A stretch of DNA of 63,942 nucleotides, counting the filler, from Rhabdomonas costata (taxonomy: Eukaryota): the NCBI GenBank assembly GCA_019059605.1. It is 53 parts of 53 records of this genome, joined end to end, with 100 filler letters (N's around TTAATTAATTAA, not from the genome) between each part and the next. Parts side by side here need not be neighbours in the genome. Positions count along the whole stretch, not along the records: positions 13,293 to 14,423 come from JAHMHO010028175.1; positions 14,524 to 15,632 come from JAHMHO010028176.1; positions 15,733 to 16,841 come from JAHMHO010028177.1; positions 16,942 to 18,050 come from JAHMHO010028178.1; positions 18,151 to 19,259 come from JAHMHO010028179.1; positions 19,360 to 20,468 come from JAHMHO010028180.1; positions 20,569 to 21,676 come from JAHMHO010028181.1; positions 21,777 to 22,885 come from JAHMHO010028182.1; 45 more parts are not named here. One strand, given 5' to 3'. A program made the translations under genes and the position numbers. Numbering within the stretch: position 1 is the first letter of the stretch; every line of letters begins with the position of its first letter. The notes under the pieces were generated by a model, which had not been told where the DNA came from, made no database searches, and saw only the letters and a program-made list of their open reading frames with translations. Of this stretch, positions 13,293-25,120 are shown in pieces.

Positions 13293-13344
<52 letters not shown>
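13293..13344. repeat. (TG)n microsatellite
   Basis: About 26 TG units at the contig start. Confidence 0.9.
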
Positions 13345-13346
<2 letters not shown>

Positions 13347-15861
13347 AGCGAGTACAACGCACACCCATCCCCAGGCACGCTGCCGCAGCTCTGACAGGGA
13401 TACCATCTTCGGTTGGACCCACGGCATCAAGGAGCGGTCCGATGCATTTTTTAGGTCGGGGGAAGGGTACTAAACGGTTTACCGTTGTTTAATGAATTGC
13501 CTTTTCTAGGTACCTTTTCAAAGTATTTTTGGTGCTACTTCGGTGACTTTGCCCGGGAAGGCCGATGAACAGTTCTCAGGAGATTGAAGATTAAGGGACA
13601 GAGCTATTTTAGTGGCGAAAGCCAACGCCGCAGCCGAAGCGGGGGCTTTTGTGCGCACCCAAAGCGAAACGTGAGAGAGATTTTCGGGTTACCGACAACA
13701 CTGACAGTTTGTACCCTGTACAGTTTGTCGTTACCCCCCCCCCTCACAATCGTCGGACCTTCAAGGAGTGGGCTATTAGGCGAGGAAGCCGAATGCGAAA
13801 GAAAGCCAAAGAGCTATGGTGCACGCACGGACCCGGTGGTGGAGCCAAACAAAGTGACCCATGTGGACCAGGAATGCCACGTACGGTAGACAACGGCCAC
13901 AGGCGGCCCGAACCAGATGGCAGCAGAAGAAAGGCACCCCCTTCTCCATCGCGCAGACCAAGCAACAAGGCAAAGCAAGCCAAAATGGTGTGCAACACAT
14001 CCGACCATGAAGTCTCACCAAGAATGAACCTGATTCGCAGGTTGTGAACGTGAAAGCGCTGAGTGTTGAGTGCGGAAGAAGCGGATAAAAGGAGACCAGG
14101 TTGATAAACTCCCGGAACTCCGACGAGGGCTCGGGGAGGTTCTTGGGCTTATAGAAGGCCTTCACCACGGACTCCACGTCGATCCCACTGTTTCCCAGAA
14201 GGGCCATCACCTGCGAACGAGGGAGTGCCGTTTGGAGCAATGTCATATCGCATCAAGTGTGGACCGGACACAAACTTCACGCGCCATCCAGTAGCATTTC
14301 ACATGGCTGCAAATTTCGAAAAAAAAAACTCATCCAACCTGAAAATGGCATGATCCTGCTGGGGGTAAGAGGGCAATGAACCTGACCCTCGGGATCCCAA
14401 CACAACCAAACTCACTCAACACANNNNNNNNNNNNNNNNNNNNNNNNNNNNNNNNNNNNNNNNNNNNTTAATTAATTAANNNNNNNNNNNNNNNNNNNNN
14501 NNNNNNNNNNNNNNNNNNNNNNNGTGGTTTTTGTTCCACAATCTTACAGTAGAAGACTATGTGGATTGTCAGTTCAAGCATTCCAAGCGAGTTTGTAGGC
14601 TGCACGTAGAACAATAGCAGATGAGTGTGCTCCATATGAATTGAGACTCATCTTCCCGTGTCAGTGGAGTAAACTATAACCACAGGAAATAGATTAATGC
14701 GGAAATAAAATTACTGAAGTCGCACATGATAGAGAAGAAATTATCATCCACAATTGAAATGCATCACGTTACTGACGATTTGCAGATGCTGCTAAAAATG
14801 CTGACTTTCAGCCGCGCCTTGAGTTCACCAGGATCTGTTCTGGTTGTTGTTTGTTTGATTTGCATACGTGGTGTGACAATTGTGACTTCAAATGGCCAAA
14901 ATGAATCTTTTGTTCACAATGTTGTCATATGGTACCCTATCTGTCACTATATGAGGTAATTGATCTGTATTGACTGCAAGTACATATTTTTGACCATGTA
15001 TTCATTGAAAGCGGTGTGAAACATTACTGAGTGTAATCATTCTTTTGATGACAGTGTGCCTTTGCCTTGCCACCGTTTATGGAGGCTTTTGATTATCCTG
15101 CAACCCAAGTCCAAGTTCACGGCTTCGTTTTTTGCGGCTGTCTGTTGTGATTGTGTCTTTAGATACAATTACATACATCCTCTGCGAGCCTCCCTCAAGC
15201 ATCTCCACCATCTCCCCCCATCCACATCACCCGGGCTTCCCACCGGGATCGTCAAGCCAGAGAGCGTCCCGCCACCCGAGGTCCCTTGTGCACACGCTCT
15301 CAAAATGGTGAAACGTCCTCTGCTTTCGTGCGACCCAGTGGGTCCACGAAACTGCTAGGATAGTGCTTCAAGGTCTTGTTCTCACTAGTTGGACAGCATA
15401 CGTACCCATCTTCAGAGGCAGCTTCCGCAAATAGCCTATCCAAAGAAGAAGATACGTCCTCGACCACTTCCAGAGCCCGGCCCCGGAGCTACCTTCAGCG
15501 GCACCCAGCCATAACCTTCAGGCTCAGGAGTCTGCACCAACAGCGCCACCGTTACCTCTGGTGTCAGGAACGCTGCAGCCAGTCGCTGGACTCAGCCGCA
15601 TTGACAAGTTCAACGATAGACTCATCCCACACNNNNNNNNNNNNNNNNNNNNNNNNNNNNNNNNNNNNNNNNNNNNTTAATTAATTAANNNNNNNNNNNN
15701 NNNNNNNNNNNNNNNNNNNNNNNNNNNNNNNNGTGTTATCCCCACTGCATTCTCGGGGTGGTCAAGGCACGGCTCTGCTACGCTCAGCAGAACCCCTGCA
15801 GAGCGTGAGAGAGGACCCCGTGGCAATGCTTGTCAGCCTTTTCTCCTTTTTTTAATCGCAG

Positions 15862-16432
15862 CATGGTTTTCGAGAAGGGTGATGTCAAAGATGGCAACCG
15901 AATGGAGGCCATCTTTCGCAAGCACCAACCTATTCACTTCGTCTACCATCTGGCGGCCTACGCTGCGGAGGTGTGCTGCTTTTGAAAAGTGTAGCGCACG
16001 AAAAGTCGATTTATTTTATTGCATAATGTGCACGCTGTAACAGGATCAAGGATGGGGGGAGGGAAGGTTCAAGTTGGGGGTTGTGAGGGAATGTCTCATG
16101 GCTGCAATGAGATATAAAACTCTGGTCGAGGTAAGCGTTTGGGCACCGACAAATTGAGTGATGAGATGAACACTAACCCAATGAAAAAGTCGAGCGGGTC
16201 GAGCAGTGGCGATTCCGTGGGTTAAAATTCCGGTTGCGGACGGCAGACAGGCCGTCCGCTGCTAGTATATACTGGCTCAGTACTTGCCATGCAACCCGCG
16301 TGCAGGGCCTGTCCCACTTCATCCCGAGCTACAACTACCGGAACAACCTAGTGGGCTCTGTCGAGGTCCTGAACTTGGCTATCAAGTATAAGGTTCAGTG
16401 CTTCGTCTTTACCTCCTCCATTGCGGCGTACG
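15862..16432 (+). CDS. NAD-dependent epimerase/dehydratase (UDP-glucose 4-epimerase-like) fragment
   Basis: Exon 15862-15970 FEKGDVKD...IFRKHQPIHFVYHLAAYAAE and exon 16306-16432 GLSHFIPSYNYRNNLVGSVEVLNLAIKYKVQCFVFTSSIAAYG carry the extended-SDR motifs HLAA, NxxG and FTSS. Confidence 0.92.
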
Positions 16433-16970
16433 GTGTGTCTGCAAATCCTCCCTCCCTAACCCTTTTGTCTTCAGACAATTCGTCCTCCCCTGTTCCGATT
16501 ATTGGTGCACAAGAACTTAGCGTTTTTTCTTTCGGGCGGGGTTGTTCTTGCGCGAACAAACACGAAAAAGCACCATCGTAGCAGCAAGAGTTTTGAAACC
16601 CTAGTTTCCTTCGGAAACCTCCGTTTCCCGGCTGGGCAAGAGAAAGAACCACAATAAGCTTGTTCTTGCATGACTACACGGGAAACGACGCCTCACGAAA
16701 GAAATTCAGGAGGGGAGTTTGCTCTGTGCCAAAAGCGAGCTATGACGTTGCAGATTTTGAAGGGACGGGTGAGAGCAGTGAGATTTGATGAACGGGGAAG
16801 AATCTGATCAGGAGGAAAGATGTGTATGCAAAAGGCCCCATNNNNNNNNNNNNNNNNNNNNNNNNNNNNNNNNNNNNNNNNNNNNTTAATTAATTAANNN
16901 NNNNNNNNNNNNNNNNNNNNNNNNNNNNNNNNNNNNNNNNNGAACTAGAGCCAGAGTGGTTGCAGCATGC

Positions 16971-17658
16971 CTTCTTCACGAGAATCTGAGTGGGACTCCG
17001 CATGAACTTCTGGGTCAAGTCCATCACTTCCTGAGGCATTGTTGTTGAAAACAGAGCGACCTGGATGTCCTTGGGCAGGAACGTGAAGATTTCGTGGACC
17101 TGCTGCTGAAACCCTGACAAAACGGTCACGTGGGCGTTTGCCACAACGGTGGTGGTGGTTACCGGTCCTTGTGTTTGTCACTTCGCGATATCGGCAACCA
17201 ACGGGAGATAATTTGGGGGCGAAAAATAAACGTACCATTGTGAGCCAAGACCAGGCCAACTCTGAAAAGAGTGCAAATTTCATCGCCTTCGCTTGAGCTT
17301 GAAGCTCGACGCAAACGCAAATTGTTTTTGACCTCCCTGTCACCACCAGCGGGGGAGGGAACGGACCGGAGCAAAAAAAAATTCATGGTTTGCGGTAACT
17401 CGCATACAACGCCAAGACGCGAGACACACCCTGAGAGAGCATCTCGTCGGCCTCGTCCAGCACAAGAAGTCGGAGCGAGTCTGTCGCCAGGACGCCTCGT
17501 TTGATTAGATCCCACACCCTGCCAGGAGTGCCCACGGCCACGAGAATACCCCCGGCCCGGAGTTTCCGCAGGTCATTTGCCACAGGGGTGCCCCCAACAA
17601 AAGCGGAGCAGAAGGTCGTGCCTCCACCCGCCAGGAAGTATCCAATGTGGGAAATCAC
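16971..17658 (-). CDS. eIF4A: eIF4A DEAD-box RNA helicase (partial, 2 exons)
   Basis: Exon 17658-17430 VISHIG...FVGGT...VGTPGRV.DLIKRG...LVLDEADEMLSQG. Phase-1 GT-AG intron. Exon 17113-16971 GFQQQVHEIFTFLPKDIQVALFSTTMPQEVMDLTQKFMRSPTQILVKK. Confidence 0.95.
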
Positions 17659-18427
17659 CTATGCGTGCAAGCGCAGCCCCTCCCTGTTTACTGATAACCT
17701 TCACCTGTCACCGGTGAAAACTGCAAACACGACACGACAGTCAGGCTTGCGAAAATTAGCGTTAATTCAGAAGCGGGCAGATTTTGAAGACTTCAGTGCC
17801 ACTCCACAAGTCGGTACCACTGCGACGCGATGGAAGAGCGTTGTTAAGCAATGTGCGCCCACTCGAGTCCCCTTCGTGTGAATACGCACATTACCACAGC
17901 TACGCTGACAAAAAGTTGGGAACATGAAATGTTCAGTGAATTTACTTACGTCGGGTCCCCTAAAATTTACGCAAATTTGCACAATTGGCTTCTACAAGCC
18001 CTCCTGACAGCCTTCCGTCGGGCAGCGCCACACTGGCCTCCCACAAAAAANNNNNNNNNNNNNNNNNNNNNNNNNNNNNNNNNNNNNNNNNNNNTTAATT
18101 AATTAANNNNNNNNNNNNNNNNNNNNNNNNNNNNNNNNNNNNNNNNNNNNGGTTTTGCCTGCTGTCAAGTTGATCGCACCAACTCAGCTCCCTTTGTCTT
18201 GCGTCTTCACTTAATTCTTTTCGACGACGGATGGCTCGATCATTCCACATTAAAGCCCTTCAGGAAGTCCTGCTGGAAAACGTAGGGCAGCATAAGGTGG
18301 CCGTGCGGGTGAGAGGATAACGAAAGGATGAGAAAAAGAAGTCGGAAGGAGAGCACATCGGAGTGTGGACGGGAAGCTGTTGCTTATTGCTGCTTGTCAC
18401 TGTCATGTGCGCTTCAACGCTACATAC

Positions 18428-18750
18428 TTGATTAGAACCTGGCTCAGTCTCGTCTCGTCTCCAAGCACCGACCACGGAACCGAACGCGGGATCTCCACAA
18501 CCAGCTCCACGGCACCCTCGCTTAGGCCACCCCGAAGCACCGCAACAGCGCTCTCCACGCACTGCCGGAGGTCAAACCAGCGGCTCTCCAGGACGAGCTT
18601 CGAGGCCTCCAGTTTGGCAAAGGTCAAGACGTCGTTCAGGACATTGAGCAGGGACTTCCCACACACCCCGATGGAGGCCGTGTACTGCCGCTGGGTTCGG
18701 TCCAAGGAGGTCCGGGAGAGAAGCTCGGCAAGCCCAATGATTCCAGTGAG
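18428..18750 (-). CDS. Sensor histidine kinase exon (HisKA C-half to N-box)
   Basis: LTGIIGLAELLSRTSLDRTQRQY...SLLNVLNDVLTFAKLEASKLVLE...FDLRQCVE...VLGDETRLSQVLI. Bounded by CAG and GTATGT. Confidence 0.93.
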
Positions 18751-21457
18751 CTGAGTCGAAAAGATGATCATAACAAATTTAAGATAGGTTGCATCGTAAA
18801 ACTCAGAACTACGCTATCCTACGTTTTTTTGAATGCTTTACAATCGCAAGCATTTCCCCTGTGGCCTGCGCAAGCCGATAGGGCACCTGGCATCTGGTAT
18901 CACACACAAGGGCTGTTTAGGTGAAAATTCCCCCTCCCTCGAAAACGTCATTTACGAGGTTGTTTTTTTTGCACCAGTGGTCCTACCAATGGCTACACTG
19001 GGAACGATGGCACTTATATAGGGTCGCGGGACTCCAGGTGGAAATGGGTCACATACGTTTCTGAGTTTCGGGGTGTAACTATTCCTATTTGGCATCCAAA
19101 CCAACCCGACAAGAACTGTTACACTGTTACGTAAAATACGCTCCAATTGAAAATTGCAACCACTGGTAACCCTTACCGGTGGTAACGATTACCACTGCCC
19201 CCCACACACACATACACCAGAAATAAACAGCCTAAAAAAACTGAACATCAAACCCACAANNNNNNNNNNNNNNNNNNNNNNNNNNNNNNNNNNNNNNNNN
19301 NNNTTAATTAATTAANNNNNNNNNNNNNNNNNNNNNNNNNNNNNNNNNNNNNNNNNNNNTGTTCGGCATCCTCGGAAACACAGTTCGAAGCTTTTACGTG
19401 TTGATTCGAGGTGGGGTACCGGACTGCTCAATTTAATAATATTTAATAATACGTCAGGTCATAGTGCATGGTATTTTGGCCAAAATCAAGTTTTTGCACC
19501 CTCCAAATCGTTATTACCTGTAATGCGTTCGCGTTTGGGCATGTCATGACAAAGTACTTGTTTCGTGCGTTAAAAAATGTTCAGAGTTATTTCCATCTCG
19601 GGGTTGGGCGCTGGCAACTGAACACAATCTCTCCAACCCCCATGTCCCATGAAACGTCGCCAATCGTCGTTGTTGGGCATTGCTGAACGTTTCACACCAG
19701 CGCTTAGCACTAATAGCACAGCTAAATTTAGCATCGTCCCACTCCAGCAATCATGAACGAAGCTCGGACATCATCTACTTCGCCCGTATTTGGATTTCAG
19801 TCTCTTTTTCTTCAACTTTTAACAATTTTTTGGTCTGAATTTCGGTTTTCCACGGGAGAAACTAGTGTTGCACCAGATTGGTCGCAATCTTTCTTTTTGA
19901 GTTCGCCAAATAAGCGTATCAACCACGATCTGACCCCAACCAAAGGGGAATTGAAGCAGATAAATGTGCGCTGAATCGACACAGCGAGCGCATACCCACC
20001 GAAGGCGGCCACCCACTGCTGCAGTGTTTTATTACCGAAAAGGGCTTCGGACTTGCGGGCGAACCACTGGCACAGCGTGCTGCGGGACTTGCGCTACCAA
20101 ATGGCTATTCACACTTTTCTATCCGCATTCTTGGTGGTTAATTGTTGCCCCCGCTAAGCGCCACCTTTTCTCTGCCCTTCCCGGCGCCTCCGGCCGCATG
20201 TTTCGTTCGTTTGCCCGCGTGCCTCTCCTCTGGAAGCCACCCTCTCTTGGATTCGTGCCTTTTCCAACCCGTTTGACGTTGTGCAATACTTATCGTCCAA
20301 TGCTCCTTTGATCGATCCAATTCCTTTGTTGGCGCCTGCCATTCCGCCATCCGTTCGCCGCGCGTTTTAAGGGGCTTGGCGTTCAGTTGCGGTCTTTAGC
20401 TCCCGCCCCATCATTCGAATATTAGACATAAATTCCCCCATTTTCCCACACGTGGTTTTGTACGTCGTNNNNNNNNNNNNNNNNNNNNNNNNNNNNNNNN
20501 NNNNNNNNNNNNTTAATTAATTAANNNNNNNNNNNNNNNNNNNNNNNNNNNNNNNNNNNNNNNNNNNNAAGCCACCACCCGTTCGGAGGCTTACCGGGGC
20601 TGTGGGCGCCCAGAAGCGAGGAGGTGCTGTGTTGCTCTCGGGACGCGCTCGGTCTCCACCCCACAGAGGAGGATACGGCGCCGGGAACGGACAAGAAATA
20701 AGCATCTGATGAAAGGCGTAAGGCGTTTCCAGACCTTGTTCGGGGTTTCGTGCTTTTCGACGTTGAAGATCGCCGCTGAGTCGTCCATCGTCTCGTCGGA
20801 TTTTTCTTTTTCCACAGCAAGATCTCCGCCTCGTCAGCTGAAGAAAGCTCGACAAAACGTTGTCCTGCAACCCAAAGAAGACAGAATTCACAGAATTCTA
20901 ATTAATCGAAATCCAATTCATGCGCAGACGAATTTTCAAACGCAAAATAACGTATCCAGCCGGCGGTGGCGTGTAGCAAGCAAATCAGAGGCAACCTCAA
21001 CCGCACAGGATGTGAATGACTGATCTGGAAAGCTTCAAGGGGGTGTGTGCTTGGCATGGAATAATTGTTCAGATGCATGTGGGACTAATGATAGTGCTCG
21101 ACGAGGTGGACTTGAAGCTAAGGTGGAGTTTTATTGAAAAGGTCCTGGGAGGAGGTAGCTTCAAAAGTTCCCTCCGACTGCTGACCCCGGCTGCTCGCCA
21201 CACAAGAAACCTCACCACCTGAGGAGCAGCATCCAGGTTAGTCGTAAAGCAACCCAGCGACCCCAAAAGTAAAAGGTAAGGTGAAGTAAGGCTGTTCAAT
21301 GAGGAGAACCCCGCACCGTTGTCCTGCTCGCTTGTCTCCGTTGTTTCTGCCGGGCTCGAGAAGAGTCGGGAGACCGTTGCCCTGCTTTTCTTTACCTTTT
21401 TCTTCCCCTCTGCTTCCGCTTTGATGCTTGGCTTTCTTTCCTCCTTCGCTGCCTCAG

Positions 21458-21676
21458 GCTCAAACCAAGGACATGCTTGCGCTGTTCGAGAAGACCGAAC
21501 TGGGGCTGCACCGCTTTGACATGGTGTACCCCGACGACAGCGTGAAGTTCAAGTCGAAGATCCGGCAGTGGACGGACGGCCGCGAGCACTGGTACTACCG
21601 CTGCGGGCCGCTCCGCCCCAACGACCCCTTCCCCACGGAGCCCAAGGCAGCGGCCAGGGGAATGCCCAGCCCGTAC
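21458..21676 (+). CDS. Coding exon, unknown protein
   Basis: Polypyrimidine tract + CAG, strong GC3 bias: AQTKDMLALFEKTELGLHRFDMVYPDDSVKFKSKIRQWTDGREHWYYRCGPLRPNDPFPTEPK. Confidence 0.6.
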
Positions 21677-21776
21677 NNNNNNNNNNNNNNNNNNNNNNNN
21701 NNNNNNNNNNNNNNNNNNNNTTAATTAATTAANNNNNNNNNNNNNNNNNNNNNNNNNNNNNNNNNNNNNNNNNNNN

Positions 21777-22545
21777 CCGAGGTGAACTCCCAGGTCCCAA
21801 CGGTGGGGTACTGCCCCAGAGTGTCCGAGAGCGCCTGCACCAACGTTTTCAGCACAGAGGGATCATCGGATCGGCTCTCAATCAGCAGCGCCGTCTCGTC
21901 CGCGGCGAAGTCCCGCGCAAACGCTGGCATTCCTGGGAAGATGTGGGGATCAAGTGACAACAAAGTGTCCGCGCGGTGGCACGGGCTATTTCCAAGCTAC
22001 AAGCAATGGGCGATGTTAAATCGGGTTTGGGCTGACGGTGCTGGCGGCCCTCCTCAGGGAAGGGTAACCTTTGATAGTCTTTGTCAAGAGTGATGCGTCT
22101 GGCTTAATAGCTTGAATTCCCGCAAAGAACATCATAATCTTCCCCAACACTGAAAAGATGTCTAGGTATTTTCGTTTTTTTTGGCATCCCAAATAAAAAC
22201 TTCCTCACCCCCGAAAGAGAGAGAACACTCCCGCTATACATTACCGTAACCACTTCGGACTATTAAAACGAAGTGCGTTCGAAAATAGCCAGCGCCAAGA
22301 GCGAGTGCTTCACACAGTGCAAAAGAAAGAAGATACAGACATGCACACAAACCGGGCTTCTCGAGCACCGCACGCACGCACACGTTGTCCATCAGCTCCA
22401 CGGCGTACGCCACCTTCACCCCGTCCGAGCGCGCGGTGTTGAGCTCCCGCAGCGCGGCGGTGCAACGAGCAGCGGCGCGCATGTCCGCAAAGAACACCAG
22501 CGCGCAAGACTTGTACCTCTCTTCGGGCACCGTGCGGTACGCCAC
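21777..22545 (-). CDS. FAD-linked oxidoreductase, D-lactate dehydrogenase-like (FAD-oxidase C-terminal region)
   Basis: Exon 22545-22353 VAYRTVPEERYKSCALVFFADMRAAARC...AVELMD...VLEKP and exon 21932-21777 GMPAF...ALLIESRS...FT. Phase-1 GT-AG intron. Confidence 0.75.
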
Positions 22546-23411
22546 CTGTGGACCCCATCCAAAATATCTCGTAAACATACCTATGAGCTGCCGCTTAAAG
22601 AATGCATATATATCGCACAAACCCACCATCGTATACGGGTCATTGCGATTGCGGGAAGGTCTCGCTTGATTTACCGACTGCGTGAAGGAAAGCACCCCAT
22701 GAATCCAAGTTGCCTTCTGGCAAAGTCAACCTTGCTGAGCCGTTCCGTGCGTAACTGATGGTCGTTCGTTATATCCTGAACATTGCAGGGACACGTGTCT
22801 GCTTTTTAACCACAATCAGAACACAAACGATGGTTACACGCGTACAAGCATGAACGAAGTCAAGCCTGCACCCGCGCACACGTAGNNNNNNNNNNNNNNN
22901 NNNNNNNNNNNNNNNNNNNNNNNNNNNNNTTAATTAATTAANNNNNNNNNNNNNNNNNNNNNNNNNNNNNNNNNNNNNNNNNNNNGGGTTTTTGGGTGGG
23001 TATGCAAACGCGAGTTGGAGGGAGAGGGGGGGCAAGTGGGCATAACGTGTTGAGTTGCGAGCAGGTCTGCGAACAGACGGTGCAGTTGAGATATAGAGGT
23101 TGGGAAAGCCTAATGGGCGTTCGATGAATCAAGGCAGAACGATAAAACGCGACCAGAGACGATAGGTGTCGAAAATGTCGAAACGAATATGGGAGGCGGA
23201 AGTGGGTGGGTTGAGGGTAAGTGACTGATATAACTTTGCCACACGGTAGAGCAGCGTGAAAATCGTAGTAGTCGCAATAATGAAGGAGTTGTGCAATGAA
23301 AAAGGTTGGATTCGGTGTCGTGACCTGGTGACCTGTAGCTGCCATGAGCTGAGTTTTAAAAAACATCGAATTTGGAAGAGTGAAGGGATGGTTGGAGGAG
23401 GAAGAACAGAC

Positions 23412-23858
23412 CCTGTTCATGATGATGTCATAGCGGTGGTACGCGCCAGTGAGCTCGTGCAACGCATACCTGAAAAAGGATGCAAATACCATGTGCGTGA
23501 ACGGAATACATGGCCGTGCCTGCAAAGCATAGGACCCACACCATCCGTCGGCGCCGGAAGTTGCGAGAGAAAACGTCCTCGAAAGAATGATGCTGGGTTT
23601 GCATGAAGGATTCCATGAGCTCAGAAGGCACAAGCATCAGCGTTACCAAAAGAGCTGGAGAGACACAAACTTCGGACGACCCAAAACGTCCAAAAGTGTA
23701 GAAAAGGAGAGAAAAAAGAGCACAGCCAGGTGGGAAAGTTACCCCGCCCCCTGTCCCGCGAGCGTACCACTGCACGATCTCCATTGCGAAGGCGGCCTGG
23801 TAGCCTGCGCCCCAGGGCATAACCTCCGGGGCGAGGTACAGCGCACCGGCCGCCTCAG
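23412..23858 (-). CDS. Two-exon coding fragment, unknown protein
   Basis: Exons 23858-23768 and 23469-23412 join in phase 2 to give AGALYLAPEVMPWGAGYQAAFAMEIVQWYALHELTGAYHRYDIIMNR. GC3-rich. Confidence 0.5.
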
Positions 23859-24572
23859 CTTGCGGGGGCGGGGATTGCCGGGGAAGCAGTTCGCTTCTGT
23901 TGGGGAGACACAGAAAGCGCCAGCGGGAAAGAATGGCAGCGTCTCCACCAATTGGGCAGCTCAGGCTCATAGAGCTAGAGAGGTGAGAAGAAAACCGCCA
24001 GATTGGCGCTTTCATTTACCGTTTTAAGTCTGCGATGTCGAAAAGCCTATTCGGGACAAGTATCGCAAACTTTCCCATTGAAAACACAAAAAAANNNNNN
24101 NNNNNNNNNNNNNNNNNNNNNNNNNNNNNNNNNNNNNNTTAATTAATTAANNNNNNNNNNNNNNNNNNNNNNNNNNNNNNNNNNNNNNNNNNNNCCCCCC
24201 GCCACTAAAGGGAAGGCTTCCGTTCTATTCTGTCCGAAATGAGGGATTGGAAATGAGAGATCCACTGCACGCGTGCCTCGTCTTCACAGATATCAGACCA
24301 ATGACCATTCCAAGGGAAGGCTGACAAATATTCCTTAATCCCTACGCTTCTGCCCCACTGCAAAACTTGTTTTTAGGAGTTTTAATGATTGCGTTCGGTC
24401 TCGCTTTCTCTTCGACATACGGAGAGTGGGTTTCCCGGGTTCTTCGTCGTCTGGTAGTCCGCAAAGCACTTCCTGCATAGGGATTTGAACCGATTCTGCC
24501 CACTTCAGGGTGAAAGGGTCCTCAGGGCAAGCGTGTTTTTTTGTGTGTGTGGAGGGCGGTTGGCGGTTATAC

Positions 24573-25120
24573 CAGCCCGGTGCCCCCGTAGAGGCGGGCC
24601 GTGGAGGCGTGGATCTGCGCGAAGGGGCTAAACAGGTCGTGCTGCTGCTCCGCGGGGATTCCGATGCCCGTGTCGTGCACGGTGAACTCCACGCAGTGCA
24701 TTGCGGCTGCACCCTCGGTGCCCACATCACCACGGCTGCCCACGGGCTTCCCGTCGATCCCAACCGGCAGCGCTTCCTGGAGATAAAACAAAGAGAGCTG
24801 CAGAGATCGCAAAGAGAAGCGAGATGGTCACGAAGGAGTAAGGAGAACATAACACCATAGCGCAGGGCGGCGTGAATGCTTGGACGGTGGAGCGTACACA
24901 AACACACTTATCCACTCACCAACCCATGTTTCAGCAACTGACATTAATGGTATTCAGACTGACGCCAAATAAGCGATACATGACAGAATTGGAAGCTGCT
25001 ATGCACTATGGGCTCGACACCCGCGAAAGCACGCGGGCACGCGCAGATAGAGAAAGAGACATGCAGACCGTGCACAGGCGAATCTCCAGCCGGACGGAGC
25101 CACGCTCAGTGAACTTCACG
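24573..25120 (-). CDS. Histidine kinase HATPase_c fragment (2 exons)
   Basis: Exon 25120-25069 [15 protein letters not shown] and exon 24776-24573 [40 protein letters not shown] (G1, F and G2 boxes). Confidence 0.95.

Noticed and set aside
19380-20010. Degenerate transposase remnants (also 42320-43420)
   Set aside because: Only stop-riddled frames with no recognisable catalytic motif or terminal repeats. Cannot be supported without a search.
23768-23858. YLAPEV as a protein kinase subdomain VIII
   Set aside because: No DFG upstream and no DxWSxG downstream in the spliced product.
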